A stretch of 64,000 nucleotides of DNA from an uncultured Erysipelotrichaceae bacterium (GCA_902780395.1 CACZFH010000014.1:5160-69159), one strand, 5' to 3'; counted from the first letter of the stretch, positions 36,308 through 47,392 are shown. The notes: generated by a model not told the origin, from the letters alone. Translations and numbers: made by a program.

Positions 36308-37081
36308 ATGAATTATGAAGAAGCTAAAAAGCATTTTGAAGATTTTTTGAATGATAATTATGATATTAATGATAAAAAAATAAATCGTAAAAAGGAACAT
36401 ACATATAAAGTTGTTGAAAATGCCAAATATTTATGTGAATTTTTAAAATTAGATAAGATAAATACCGAATTAGCCATGATAATTGCCTTGCTTCATGATA
36501 TTGGAAGATTTGACCAAGCCAAAATAATGAAAACATTCAGAGAAGACATTACCAATTTTGATCATGCATCTTTAGGAATAAAAATATTATTTGAGAAAGG
36601 TGAAATTAAAAGATATGTAGATAATGAATCATATTATCCAATTATTAAAAAAGCTATAGGAAATCACAGCAAATATATTTTAGATGAAACAGGAATGAAT
36701 GATGTTGAAATACTTCATTGCAAAATAATTAGAGATGCAGATAAAATAGATTCTTTTAGATCTAAACTTGTTGATGATATTTATACTATTGCTAATATTT
36801 CTAAAGAAGAACTTGAAAACTCAAAAGTTACTGAAAAAGTTTATAATACATTTAAAGAACATAAAACAGTTTTTAGTAAAGATAGACAAACTGGATTGGA
36901 CATTTGGGTTTCATATATTGCATTTATATTTGGATTAGAATTTAAAGGAAGCTATGAGTTAATAAATAAAAATGATTACTTAAATAAACTATTCAATAGG
37001 TATGATTATAAAGCTGATAAATCAACGATGGATGAATTAAAAGAATGTGCTTTTGAGTATTTGAATAATAAACTAAAATAG
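36308..37081 (+). CDS. HD-domain phosphohydrolase
   Basis: H...ALLHDIGRFDQ, DHASLG, IGNHSK and IRDADKIDS are HD superfamily motifs. TGTTATAAT extended -10 upstream. Confidence 0.65.
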   Translation: MNYEEAKKHFEDFLNDNYDINDKKINRKKEHTYKVVENAKYLCEFLKLDKINTELAMIIALLHDIGRFDQAKIMKTFREDITNFDHASLGIKILFEKGEIKRYVDNESYYPIIKKAIGNHSKYILDETGMNDVEILHCKIIRDADKIDSFRSKLVDDIYTIANISKEELENSKVTEKVYNTFKEHKTVFSKDRQTGLDIWVSYIAFIFGLEFKGSYELINKNDYLNKLFNRYDYKADKSTMDELKECAFEYLNNKLK

Positions 37082-37131
37082 AAAAAAAGGTAAATAAAAA
37101 ACACATAATAATTGATAAAGGATGTGGTAAT

Positions 37132-37809
37132 ATGAGTTATGTAACAAATAAGTATAATGAAGGTAAATTAATAATTAGAGCAGTTGACTTACCAATGTTA
37201 CATAAAGTAAATGATGAAATAAAATATGATTGTTCAGTATGGGCAACTGAATTTGACATGATAATGCATGATGAATTTGAATCAGTCTCATCTACTTTAC
37301 TAGTTCCAAATGTAGGAGTTAAAACATATAAAAATGTAGGTTTTCTAGTTGATTATGATTTAGCAACAATTCAACATGTTGCATTAACTGATAGTGTAAG
37401 TAGTGGTAGTTTTAAAAATGGTGATTTTCATGCTGCTCACTCTGATTTCGAAACATTACAACAGGCTGCAGATTACATAAAAAATAATAATTATACCCCA
37501 ATGAATGAAGTTAATATATCTATTCCATTAAATTCTGTAGTAGGATTAGTAGTAATAAAGTGTAATAATGAATTAAAACATCTTAAAGCAATGCTAGCTG
37601 TCAGAAAATGTTTATATGAATTAACTGGAATAGAATTTGCTATTTTTGAATATGACAGTAGTTGTGGAATATTAAAAGAACTTGCTTTAACTGACGACTT
37701 GATTGAAACAATTAATTCAGCAACAGATGTAAACAAATATGACTATTATACAAATTATAGTGATGAGATTTATGAAGGAAGTATAAATACTGTTATAAAA
37801 CACTTATAA
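37132..37809 (+). CDS. Hypothetical protein (225 aa)
   Basis: ORF with RBS AAAGGATG-like sequence upstream. No recognisable domain. Confidence 0.45.
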   Translation: MSYVTNKYNEGKLIIRAVDLPMLHKVNDEIKYDCSVWATEFDMIMHDEFESVSSTLLVPNVGVKTYKNVGFLVDYDLATIQHVALTDSVSSGSFKNGDFHAAHSDFETLQQAADYIKNNNYTPMNEVNISIPLNSVVGLVVIKCNNELKHLKAMLAVRKCLYELTGIEFAIFEYDSSCGILKELALTDDLIETINSATDVNKYDYYTNYSDEIYEGSINTVIKHL

Positions 37810-38003
37810 TGAGTAATCTATTAAAAAAAGAAGCTATTAATTTGATGTAAATGATTGAAGAATAAAAGATAAGTATTTAGACCAATAAGTCATATTAAAA
37901 AAATATCAATCTACAATGAATAGTAATATAATAAACAATCAAGAGGTGTAACATGTATCCAATTGAATATTATAAAACGGAAAAATAAAAAGAAAATAAA
38001 GTA

Positions 38004-38029
38004 AAAAGGAAAAGAGATTTCCTTTTTTT
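38004..38029 (+). terminator. Rho-independent terminator at the island/core boundary
   Basis: Perfect 8-bp stem AAAGGAAA/TTTCCTTT followed by TTTTT. Confidence 0.75.
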
Positions 38030-38107
38030 ATGAATAATGTCCTAATAGTGGTAGAAAAAGTAAAAAAAATGTGTTACTATAATTTGGTATGGAAGGTTGG
38101 GGGTACC

Positions 38108-39835
38108 GTGAACAACGAGTTAGCAAATACAATTCGTAGCAAAGTTGATATCGTTGATATCATTGGTGAGAGAATACCATTAGTCGCAAAAGGGAAAAAC
38201 TTTTTTGGAGTTTGTCCTTTTCATGATGATACAAATCCTTCCATGAGTGTTTCAAGAGATAAACAAATATATACTTGTTTCTCTTGTCATGCCACTGGTA
38301 ATGTTTTTACTTTCTTAATGAATTATGAACATATGGATTTCAAAGAAGTATTAAAATATCTTGGAGACAAAGTTGGTATTGATACTGGAAAAATCCAAAT
38401 AAAAAAGAAAACTACCAAATATGATAAATTATATGAAGCCTATCAATTTGCCCTAAAATACTATCAGAATAACTTAAATAGTAACCTTGGCAAAACGGCA
38501 AAAAAATATTTAAAAGATAGAGATATCAGTGATGAAATAATAAAAGAATTTGAAATAGGACTATCACTAGAATCAAAAGATGATCTAACAAAACTACTTG
38601 AAAGTAAATCATATGATTTAGTAATGCTAAATAGAATCGGTTTATCCTCAGAAACACACGATATATATAATGACAGAATTATGTTTCCTCTTTATGATAT
38701 TACCGGAAAAGTAGTTGGTTTTAGTGGTCGCATTTATAAAGATAATGGACAAAATAAATATTTAAATACCAAAGAAACAGAAATCTTTAAAAAAGGAGAA
38801 ATGCTTTACCATTACCATATTGCCAAAGAAGAATGTCGAAAAAATAATACTGTAATTGTAATGGAAGGCTTCATGGATGTTATAAGAGCAAGTACTATTG
38901 GAATAAAAAATACAATTGCTTTAATGGGAACCGCTTTAACCAAAGACCAAATGCAATTAATAAAAAGATTGGCTCATACAATCATTCTATGTTTAGATGG
39001 AGATAATCCAGGAGTACATGCCACTCTTAGTATAGGAGAACAATTTCAAAAAGAAGGAATAGAAACAAAAGTAATAGCACTTCCCAATCCAGAAGATCCA
39101 GATAGTTTTATCAGAAAGAATGGCGAAGAGCGATTTAAAAACTTAGTAGAAGCAGCATTAAACTTTACAGATTTCAAAATGCAAAAGTTAAAAGAAAATG
39201 TTGATTTCCGATCTGACGAAGAAAAAGCCAACTATATTAACAAAGTAATAGAAGAGACAGTAAAAATAGAAGATGAAATTAGGCGAGAAGTAATACTAAA
39301 AAGACTTGCAAAAGAGTTTGATATAGGTTATAATACACTGGAAATGCGTATGAATAGACTTTTAATGAATAAAGAAGAAAAACAAGAAAGTCAAATCATA
39401 AAACCAAAGACAACAATAAAAAAAGATAAATATCAAAAAGCATTTGAACAAATAATATACTTTATGTTGAATAATGATTGGATTATTACCCAAGTAGAAA
39501 AAGAAAGATTAATATTTCCTACAGAAGGAATGAGAGCGACTTGTACGGAAATAATCTATTATTATAAACAGTATGGAATGATAAATGTTGCTGATTTCTA
39601 TACTTATGTTCAAGATAAAGCAAATATATTAGAATTCCTAAACAAAGTTTTAGCAGGTTCTTATAAAGAGACTACCAATAAGGAAGAGTTACTAGAGTAT
39701 TTCAAAGTTATTCGTGAATATAGCGAAAAACAAGAAATTAAGAGGCTCACAAATTTAATGAAAAAAGAAGTAGATCCAATCGAACAAGCTAAAATAGTGG
39801 AAAAGATTAGAAAGTTAAGGTTAGGAGATAATTAG
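38108..39835 (+). CDS. dnaG: DNA primase
   Basis: Zinc ribbon [14 protein letters not shown]...CFSCHATGN, and TOPRIM motifs MEGFMDV and LDGDNPG. GTG 38108 lies downstream of a TATAAT at about 38077 and RBS GGTTGGGGG. ATG 38030 abuts the terminator and is rejected. Confidence 0.9.
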   Translation: MNNELANTIRSKVDIVDIIGERIPLVAKGKNFFGVCPFHDDTNPSMSVSRDKQIYTCFSCHATGNVFTFLMNYEHMDFKEVLKYLGDKVGIDTGKIQIKKKTTKYDKLYEAYQFALKYYQNNLNSNLGKTAKKYLKDRDISDEIIKEFEIGLSLESKDDLTKLLESKSYDLVMLNRIGLSSETHDIYNDRIMFPLYDITGKVVGFSGRIYKDNGQNKYLNTKETEIFKKGEMLYHYHIAKEECRKNNTVIVMEGFMDVIRASTIGIKNTIALMGTALTKDQMQLIKRLAHTIILCLDGDNPGVHATLSIGEQFQKEGIETKVIALPNPEDPDSFIRKNGEERFKNLVEAALNFTDFKMQKLKENVDFRSDEEKANYINKVIEETVKIEDEIRREVILKRLAKEFDIGYNTLEMRMNRLLMNKEEKQESQIIKPKTTIKKDKYQKAFEQIIYFMLNNDWIITQVEKERLIFPTEGMRATCTEIIYYYKQYGMINVADFYTYVQDKANILEFLNKVLAGSYKETTNKEELLEYFKVIREYSEKQEIKRLTNLMKKEVDPIEQAKIVEKIRKLRLGDN

Positions 39836-39836
39836 A

Positions 39837-40928
39837 ATGGTGGAAGAAATTAAAACTCTAGACGAAAGAAAAGAAAAATTACTAGCAATTGGTAAAAAGC
39901 AAGGATATGTAACTTATGAACAATTAGCTGATCAATTAAAAGGCTTAGATGTAGATAGTGATACTCTAGATGAATTATATAATTTCCTAGTAGAAGCAAA
40001 TATTGATATTGTTTCAGAAGATGGAACAGATGATGCCACTGGAGAAGAAATTACTACAGATATGTCTGTTGAAAACTTAACACTTAGCAAAGATGTTAAA
40101 ATTAATGATCCAGTAAGAATGTATTTAAAAGAAATTGGTCGTATTAATTTGTTAACATCTGATGAAGAATTTGAATATGCTCAAAGAGCAGTAGAAGGCG
40201 ATGAAGAAGCTAAGAAAATGCTTGCTGAATCTAATCTTCGTTTAGTTGTAAGTATTGCCAAAAGATATGTCGGTCGTGGAATGCTTTTCTTAGATTTGAT
40301 TCAAGAAGGAAATATTGGATTAATGAAAGCAGTTGATAAATTTGATCCTACAAAAGGATACAAATTCTCAACTTATGCGACTTGGTGGATTAGACAAGCA
40401 ATCACAAGAGCAATAGCTGATCAAGCTAGAACCATTCGTGTTCCTGTCCACATGGTAGAAACAATTAATAAACTTGCTCGTGTTCAAAGACAATTAACTC
40501 AAGAATTAAATAGGGAACCAACCGATGAAGAAATTGCTAAAAAATTAGGAATTAATGTAGATAAAGTAAGAGAAGTATATAAAATATCTCAAGACCCAGT
40601 TTCCTTAGAAACACCAATTGGAGAAGAAGATGACTCTCATTTAGGAGACTTCATAAAAGATGAAAGAACAATGGGACCAGAAGAATATGCTACCGTAGAA
40701 ATGCTAAAAGAAGAATTAAAAGGAGTACTTGCTACATTGACAGAAAGAGAAGAAAAAGTATTACGTCTTCGTTTTGGCTTAGATGATGGACAATGCCGAA
40801 CCTTAGAAGAAGTAGGACAAATATTTGGAGTTACTCGTGAAAGAATTCGTCAAATTGAAGCTAAAGCCCTTCGTAAACTAAGACACCCATCTCGTTCACG
40901 TAAACTAAAGGATTTCTTAACAGACTAA
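39837..40928 (+). CDS. sigA: Primary sigma factor SigA/RpoD
   Basis: Regions 1.2-4 are present: [65 protein letters not shown]. Confidence 0.95.
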   Translation: MVEEIKTLDERKEKLLAIGKKQGYVTYEQLADQLKGLDVDSDTLDELYNFLVEANIDIVSEDGTDDATGEEITTDMSVENLTLSKDVKINDPVRMYLKEIGRINLLTSDEEFEYAQRAVEGDEEAKKMLAESNLRLVVSIAKRYVGRGMLFLDLIQEGNIGLMKAVDKFDPTKGYKFSTYATWWIRQAITRAIADQARTIRVPVHMVETINKLARVQRQLTQELNREPTDEEIAKKLGINVDKVREVYKISQDPVSLETPIGEEDDSHLGDFIKDERTMGPEEYATVEMLKEELKGVLATLTEREEKVLRLRFGLDDGQCRTLEEVGQIFGVTRERIRQIEAKALRKLRHPSRSRKLKDFLTD

Positions 40929-41596
40929 TGAAAATAAATGCAAGATTAAAAAAAATAGGGGATTTAGTGGAAGCTAATTCCTTTTGTTTAGATGTTGGCT
41001 GTGATCATGGATTATTAGATATCTACCTTGTAAAGAAAAATAAAAATATTAAAGCAGTAGCTTCTGATATTGCTAAAGGACCTTTAGACCAAGCTAAAAA
41101 AAATATTGCCAAAGAAGGTCTACAAGATCAAATAGAAGTTAGATTAGGTCCAGGGCTAGACACTTATACAAAAGAAATAGATACCATTATTATTTCTGGA
41201 ATGGGTGGCAGAAATATAATTGGAATACTAAAAGAAAATTCAAAAATTCTAAAGAAAATTAAAACAATCATTCTAAGTCCCAACAACTATCAAGAAGATG
41301 TAAAAAAGTATTGTTGTAAAAATGGCTTTTATATAGAAAATGAAGAATTTGTAAGAGATAATCGTTTTATTTATCAAATAATAGTTCTTAAACCAGGAAC
41401 CAAAAAATATAGTAAGAAAGAATACTTCTTTGGACCAGTATTTATTCAAAAAAAAGGACCATTATTTAGAGATTATTATCTGAGAGAATTAAAGTCAAGA
41501 GAAATATTACTTACCTTATTACCAAAAAATTATTGTATAAAAAGAATGAAAACAAAGAAAGAAATAGATATGATTCGAAAAGAAATCACAGACTAA
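40928..41596 (+). CDS. trmK: tRNA (adenine22-N1)-methyltransferase
   Basis: LDVGCDHGLL...SGMGG pattern. Its position after sigA matches Bacillus. Confidence 0.75.
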   Translation: MKINARLKKIGDLVEANSFCLDVGCDHGLLDIYLVKKNKNIKAVASDIAKGPLDQAKKNIAKEGLQDQIEVRLGPGLDTYTKEIDTIIISGMGGRNIIGILKENSKILKKIKTIILSPNNYQEDVKKYCCKNGFYIENEEFVRDNRFIYQIIVLKPGTKKYSKKEYFFGPVFIQKKGPLFRDYYLRELKSREILLTLLPKNYCIKRMKTKKEIDMIRKEITD

Positions 41597-41654
41597 TCTT
41601 TCTTTTTTTTGAAAATATGATTATAATAAAAGTAAATAAATGTTGAGGTGTCCC

Positions 41655-42902
41655 ATGAAAAGAATACGCAGTATAATAATTCTATTCATTGTAATTTTCC
41701 TTAGTAGTTTTGAAGTATTAGCTCAAGACTCAGTATATTCTCTAAATAAATATCAAAAGGAAAGTCTAGATACTATTATCAAAGGTTATAAAGAAAATAA
41801 TACACAAGAAGGATTTATAACCGCAGGAACTGTTTTAAATAAAGAAAAAAAGATCCAAACTATTATGATTAAATATAGTAACTCTGGTGAAATAATATGG
41901 ATTTATACTCATCCAACAACAGAAGAAGAAGAAGAACTAACAGGAGTTACCTATACTTATCAGAATAATCAAATAGATGGCTATTTATTACTAATACGTA
42001 AAGCAGAAAAAACCTTTCTTTTAAAAGTAGATTTAAAAGGAATCTTATGCTGGGAAAAAGAATTAGATAGTTATTATAAAAAAATAATTATCACTAAGAA
42101 CGATAATAAAGAACCTATTAATTATATTTTAATAGGAAATCATGAAAAAACAGCTATTATTGACACCTATAATTTAGATTTAGACAGAATTGATAGAAAA
42201 GAGTATCCAAAAGAAGACTATGAAACAACCTTCAATGATATTGCCATAATACAAGAAAATCAATTTGCTATTATACTAAATAAACAGAATAAAGAAGAAA
42301 AAGAAGATGCATTATGGCTTGTTAAATTAGAAACAAATGAAATAATAGAATTAGATAATTCATTGAATAAGTATTTGAATTCGCAAGTACTATCAGTAGA
42401 AGACGGTTTTATTCTATATGGAATTACCAACGAAGTTAAACTAAAAAAAGGAGAAGCTAGTTACTATATCATTAAGTATAATAAAGAAGGAATAATTGAA
42501 TGGGAAAGTATCGGTGATATTCCTATTAATATAAAAGAGCCAATCAAAATTAAAAATAAAAATAATCAGTTCTTTGTATTATATGAAAATGCGGATAATA
42601 GTAAAGAAGTAATTGTCTTAAATCAAGATGGAACCTATAACCAAAAAATAAAAAAAATAAGCAATAATTACTATAAATTTAATAATTTCTATGTAAAAGG
42701 AAAAAATCTCTATTTTGTAGGAGAAATTCATTGTGCAGCAGAAGATGATTGTAAATATGACACCAGTTCTTTATTCTTAGTAAGTGATGAAGATAAAGTA
42801 ATAGAAGTAGAAGATAATACTAGTACCGGAATATTAATTGGAATAGGTTTATTCATAATAGTAATAGTAGGAATAATAATCAAAAAAAGAAGTAGTCATT
42901 AA
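41655..42902 (+). CDS. Secreted/membrane-anchored hypothetical protein
   Basis: N-terminal signal peptide and C-terminal TM helix (GILIGIGLFIIVIVGIII) followed by KKRSS. Confidence 0.5.
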   Translation: MKRIRSIIILFIVIFLSSFEVLAQDSVYSLNKYQKESLDTIIKGYKENNTQEGFITAGTVLNKEKKIQTIMIKYSNSGEIIWIYTHPTTEEEEELTGVTYTYQNNQIDGYLLLIRKAEKTFLLKVDLKGILCWEKELDSYYKKIIITKNDNKEPINYILIGNHEKTAIIDTYNLDLDRIDRKEYPKEDYETTFNDIAIIQENQFAIILNKQNKEEKEDALWLVKLETNEIIELDNSLNKYLNSQVLSVEDGFILYGITNEVKLKKGEASYYIIKYNKEGIIEWESIGDIPINIKEPIKIKNKNNQFFVLYENADNSKEVIVLNQDGTYNQKIKKISNNYYKFNNFYVKGKNLYFVGEIHCAAEDDCKYDTSSLFLVSDEDKVIEVEDNTSTGILIGIGLFIIVIVGIIIKKRSSH

Positions 42903-43267
42903 CTTCTTTTTTGATTTATACCAGTAATACTTCCTAAAATAGAAGAAGCAAGAATTAATCCATAATAGAATAACAATTTCACTTTAAATTTAGAACATGA
43001 AAGTACAAAGAAAAAGGAAATAAGTATTAACAAAAATCCATATATTATACCAGTTAAGTATCCCTTTTTAAGACATTTCTTTCCAAGATAGAAACTATTA
43101 ATAAAAATACTAAATAGTAAGAAAAGAAGTTTTAATAAAGAATAAGTTCTATAAGATAAAAAATGATAATAGTAAAAAAATGATAATATTAATAGAATGA
43201 TAAGTATTTCTACTATCTGATAAAGTAAACATTTACTATAGCGAAGAAAAAACTCTATAAGTATCAC
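42899..43267 (-). CDS. Small integral membrane protein
   Basis: Four predicted TM helices on the minus strand. Its stop overlaps the neighbouring gene's stop. Confidence 0.5.
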   Translation of the reverse strand: MILIEFFLRYSKCLLYQIVEILIILLILSFFYYYHFLSYRTYSLLKLLFLLFSIFINSFYLGKKCLKKGYLTGIIYGFLLILISFFFVLSCSKFKVKLLFYYGLILASSILGSITGINQKRS

Positions 43268-43331
43268 CTCTAATAATATATATGTATAGAATAAAAGAAT
43301 ATGATTTGGATATACTAAAAAAGGTGATTCT

Positions 43332-43976
43332 ATGAAATACTTTGTAGTTTTATGGAGAAGTATTCTTTTTTACTTTTTAGTAACCATCATGTACCGAATT
43401 ATGGGGAAAAGAGAAATCGGAGAATTATCTATGATGGATTTTACAGTTTCCCTTTTTATAGCTGAAATGGCAGCAATTTCGATTGAAAATTATAAAACAG
43501 GAATATGGTTATCATTAATACCAATATTAATTTTAGGTGGGATTCAAATCATATTATCTCATTTCTCATTAAAAAATAAAAAGCTAAGAGATATTATAGA
43601 TGGCAAACCATCCATTATTATTGAGCAAGGAATTATTAACTTAAAAGAAATGAAAAAACAAAGATATAACTTAGACGATTTATTAATCCAATTAAGAAGT
43701 CAATCGATTAAGTCACTACAAGAAGTAGATTATGCTATCTTAGAGAATAATGGTAAACTATCAATCTTTAAGAAAAAAGATGATCTATTTCATGATTATC
43801 CTCTTCCTATTATAATAGATGGAAAAATAGAAGAAATAACTTTAAAAAGAATAAATAAGACTAAAGATTGGCTAAATCAATCATTAAAAAAGAATCATGT
43901 ATCCCTTCAAGATGTATTTTATGGTTTTTATCAAAAGAGTCAGTTATATATAATTGAAAAAGACAAGATAAAATGA
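43332..43976 (+). CDS. DUF421 (YetF-like) membrane protein
   Basis: MYRIMGKREIGELSMMDFTVSLFIAE is the DUF421 pattern. Confidence 0.65.
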   Translation: MKYFVVLWRSILFYFLVTIMYRIMGKREIGELSMMDFTVSLFIAEMAAISIENYKTGIWLSLIPILILGGIQIILSHFSLKNKKLRDIIDGKPSIIIEQGIINLKEMKKQRYNLDDLLIQLRSQSIKSLQEVDYAILENNGKLSIFKKKDDLFHDYPLPIIIDGKIEEITLKRINKTKDWLNQSLKKNHVSLQDVFYGFYQKSQLYIIEKDKIK

Positions 43977-44020
43977 CATAATTCATCATCATATCAAAAT
44001 AAAATAATACTGGTGATAAA

Positions 44021-45133
44021 ATGAAAAAAATAATAATAATAGTTTTATTATTGGGATTATTAATAAATAATAGTGGAACCAAAGAAGAAATAGAACAAAG
44101 AGGTATCTTTATAAGTTATATTGAACTAAAAGAAATACTAGATAATAAAACTGATAAGGAACAAAGACATGAAATCATTAGTATGTTAAATAATCTAAAG
44201 AATATTAAAGGAAATATGATTATCTTACAAGTAAGAGCTAATCAAGATGCTTTATATAAGTCTAGTATTTTTCCAAGTATGGTATCATCTAATGAAGATT
44301 TATTAAATGTCTTTTTAGAAGAGTCTCATCAAAGAAATATAAAAGTAATTGCCTGGATTAATCCCTATCGAGTATCAACAACCAATAAAGAAATAGATAA
44401 ATATTCTCCACTATATCAATATAAGGATACAAATATAATATATAAAGGACAAGGAGTCTTTTTAAATCCAGCCAAAAAAGAAACAGAAAGTCTTATCATC
44501 CAAGGAGTAGAAGAAATAATAAAGTACAATATCGATGGCTTATTAATGGATGATTATTTTTATCCATCAGATGATATTGATAAGGAGGAATATGAAGAAT
44601 ATAAAAAGAATCATGAAACAATAACTTTACAAAAATATCATTTTCAAGTGATTAATCAAATGATTAAAAAAGTTCATTCTCTATGTAAACAAAAAGGTGT
44701 CAAGTTTGGGATTTCCCCAGATGGAAATATAAATAACAATCTAACTAAACATTATGCTGATATAAAGACTTGGTTAAAGGAGAAAGACTATGTAGATTTC
44801 ATAATGCCTCAACTTTATTATGGTTTTTATAATAGTACTCAGGCTTATAGTAAGGTACTAAAGGAATGGGAAACTTTACTAGAAAATGAAGAAATATCCT
44901 TTTATGTAGCTTTAGCTTTTTACAAAGTAGGAGTAGAAGACATATATGCTAATGCTGGGAGAAAAGAATGGTTAGAAAATGATGATATTATGATGAGAGA
45001 AATACTACTATCTAGAAATACCAAGAATTATAAAGGATATGCTTTATTCCGTTATAATTATGTATTTAATAATAATTTATATACTAACAATACTGAAAAA
45101 GAGTTAAAAAACATGAAAAAAGTAATAAAATAG
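44021..45133 (+). CDS. Glycosyl-hydrolase-like 10 (GHL10/YngK-like) secreted protein
   Basis: Signal peptide, RGIFISYIE..., ILQVRANQDALYKS, AWINPYR. This is a pattern-level match. Confidence 0.45.
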   Translation: MKKIIIIVLLLGLLINNSGTKEEIEQRGIFISYIELKEILDNKTDKEQRHEIISMLNNLKNIKGNMIILQVRANQDALYKSSIFPSMVSSNEDLLNVFLEESHQRNIKVIAWINPYRVSTTNKEIDKYSPLYQYKDTNIIYKGQGVFLNPAKKETESLIIQGVEEIIKYNIDGLLMDDYFYPSDDIDKEEYEEYKKNHETITLQKYHFQVINQMIKKVHSLCKQKGVKFGISPDGNINNNLTKHYADIKTWLKEKDYVDFIMPQLYYGFYNSTQAYSKVLKEWETLLENEEISFYVALAFYKVGVEDIYANAGRKEWLENDDIMMREILLSRNTKNYKGYALFRYNYVFNNNLYTNNTEKELKNMKKVIK

Positions 45134-45183
45134 TAACCTTTATTAAAAATATTTGCTATAATTAAAAGGAAAGTAGGTAGAGT

Positions 45184-45744
45184 ATGAAAAATAGTAAAGG
45201 ATTTACTTTAGTAGAATTATTAGCAATGTTAGTAGTATTAGGAATACTAATGGTGGTGGCAGTACCAAATATAACAGGTATTATGCGAAATAACAGACTA
45301 AATGGATATAAAGGTGATGCCAAACAAATGGTAGAAAAAACCAATATAATGGTGTCAAAAACAAAAAGTATAAAAAAACCAGCAGCCGGAGAATGTTTAA
45401 TATTTACATTAGATTATCTAAACACCAATGATGATTTGACAGCTGGACCTAATGGTGGTTTATATAACCAGGAAGAATCATTTGTAATATATACCAGACA
45501 AGGTCAAAAATATGAATACTATGTGAGGTTAATAGAAGATGTTGATGGTTCAAGTGTTGGAATGAATTATATCCAATCTGATAGAATTGATAGCTTAACA
45601 GCTGATGATATTGAGAAAATAAGCACAGTTTACGGTATTTCAAAATCAAATACAGAATCAGAAAATATCAATGTATTAGTAGGAGAACCATTTGACACTA
45701 TTTGCAATTCAGGTGGAATTAATAAACTGTATATTAGAAAATAA
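45184..45744 (+). CDS. Prepilin-type N-terminal cleavage/methylation domain protein (pilin/pseudopilin)
   Basis: MKNSKG/FTLVELLAMLVVLGILMVVAVPNI is a class III signal, followed by a ~160 aa globular part. Confidence 0.8.
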   Translation: MKNSKGFTLVELLAMLVVLGILMVVAVPNITGIMRNNRLNGYKGDAKQMVEKTNIMVSKTKSIKKPAAGECLIFTLDYLNTNDDLTAGPNGGLYNQEESFVIYTRQGQKYEYYVRLIEDVDGSSVGMNYIQSDRIDSLTADDIEKISTVYGISKSNTESENINVLVGEPFDTICNSGGINKLYIRK

Positions 45745-45785
45745 AAAAGTGTAAACAAATGTCATTTTAAAAAAAAGCTATTGTC

Positions 45786-45797
45786 AAAAAAAAAAAA
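45786..45797 (+). repeat. A12 homopolymer inside a promoter spacer
   Basis: TTGTCA (45781-45786), 17 nt, TACGAT (45804-45809). The spacer is mostly the A-run. Confidence 0.8.
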
Positions 45798-45849
45798 GCA
45801 TGCTACGATTAAAATGTAAAAAAAAATAAAGAAAGAGAGTGAGTTAAAA

Positions 45850-46440
45850 ATGAACAAAAAAGGATTTACCTTGATCGAGTTACTTGCCGTAATTACTATC
45901 ATGGGTATATTGATGTTGGTTGCAATTCCAGCAGTTTCAAGAACAATTGAAAATTCAAGAAGGGATACGTTTGCAGATAATGTAGTTACATACCTAAATA
46001 CTGTAAGAAACATGGTATTAGCTGATGAGCTAAAATGTGGTAAAACGGTTAGTGCAGGAGTTGAATCTTGGGAATACGCAAATGTTTCAGGAACACCAGA
46101 TGGAACTTATTATGTAAAAATAAATACAAATGATCCAATAACTCAAGATATGATGGAAAGTGTTGCTAAGTCATCTTGGGGTAATTCAGATATGGTAGGA
46201 TACGTTAAATGGGTTAAGTCAGAAGGTAATACTGAATACTTTGCATTTATGTCAGATATTGCAAAACATGGTATGGCAAAAGAACAAGGTGAATTAAATA
46301 TTAATCGTGGTACTATTTTTGCAAATATTGAAACACAAAAATGTCCAACAGAAACTGATTCAAATGCTAAATGTACAGGAGCAACAGCTGACTCAACACC
46401 TGCTGATGCTAATGCAAAAGAATGTACATTAAAATATTAA
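45850..46440 (+). CDS. Prepilin-type N-terminal cleavage/methylation domain protein (second pilin)
   Basis: MNKKG/FTLIELLAVITIMGILMLVAIPAV. The C-terminal part is Cys-containing and unrelated to the first pilin. Confidence 0.8.
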   Translation: MNKKGFTLIELLAVITIMGILMLVAIPAVSRTIENSRRDTFADNVVTYLNTVRNMVLADELKCGKTVSAGVESWEYANVSGTPDGTYYVKINTNDPITQDMMESVAKSSWGNSDMVGYVKWVKSEGNTEYFAFMSDIAKHGMAKEQGELNINRGTIFANIETQKCPTETDSNAKCTGATADSTPADANAKECTLKY

Positions 46441-46446
46441 TAAAAT

Positions 46447-46472
46447 AAGACTTCTTTGGAAGTCTTTTTTTT
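46447..46472 (+). terminator. Rho-independent terminator
   Basis: AAGACTTC-TTTG-GAAGTCTT followed by T8. Confidence 0.8.
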
Positions 46473-46495
46473 GTTATAATGGAAGAGGTGATAAT

Positions 46496-47392
46496 ATGTT
46501 GTATATCGGAAGTCATGTAGGTTTTAATAAATCAAATCAATTGGTTGGTAGTGTAAAAGAAGCTTTAAGTTATGGCGCTAATACCTTTATGTTTTATACC
46601 GGAGCACCTCAAAATACTACTAGAAATCCCATCATAGATGAATTAACCCTAGAAGCCCTTTCCATAATGAAAGAAAATAATATGGATTATTCTAAAGTAA
46701 TTGTTCATGCTCCTTATATTATGAATTTATGTAATGAAGAAAAATTCTCTTTTTCCGTAGAATTCTTAACTCATGAATTAGAAAGAGTAAATCAATTAGG
46801 AATAAAATATTTAGTACTACATCCAGGAAGTCATGTAGGACAAGGAATAGAAACAGGGATAAATAGGATTATCGAAGGAATAAATATGGCATTTCAAAAT
46901 CTTGGAAATAATAATCAAGTTACTATTTTACTAGAAACAATGGCAGGTAAAGGAACAGAAGTTGGAACGAACATCCAAGAATTAAAAAAAATCATAGAAG
47001 GTATAAAAGATCAATCTCATATTGGAGTATGCCTAGATACTTGTCATTTAAATGATGCGGGATATGACTTAAATGATTTTGATCATTATTTAGACGAATT
47101 TGATCAAGAAATAGGAATTGAAAAGATAGGATGTATTCATATTAATGATTCCAAAAATGAGAAATCATCTCATAAAGATAGACATGAAAATATAGGCTTT
47201 GGAACAATAGGCTTTGATACACTTATCAGTATTATTTATAATGAACGATTAAAAGATATCCCTAGAATTCTAGAAACCCCATATGTAGATAGATTATATC
47301 CACCATATCAAGAAGAAATAGAAATGATCAGAAAGAAAGAATTTAATAAAGATCTTATTAATATAATTAAAAATAAAGCTAACAATACTTAG
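46496..47392 (+). CDS. nfo: Endonuclease IV
   Basis: IGSHV..., VHAPYIMNL, LHPGSH, LETMAGKG, CLDTCHL, IHINDS. Confidence 0.9.
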   Translation: MLYIGSHVGFNKSNQLVGSVKEALSYGANTFMFYTGAPQNTTRNPIIDELTLEALSIMKENNMDYSKVIVHAPYIMNLCNEEKFSFSVEFLTHELERVNQLGIKYLVLHPGSHVGQGIETGINRIIEGINMAFQNLGNNNQVTILLETMAGKGTEVGTNIQELKKIIEGIKDQSHIGVCLDTCHLNDAGYDLNDFDHYLDEFDQEIGIEKIGCIHINDSKNEKSSHKDRHENIGFGTIGFDTLISIIYNERLKDIPRILETPYVDRLYPPYQEEIEMIRKKEFNKDLINIIKNKANNT

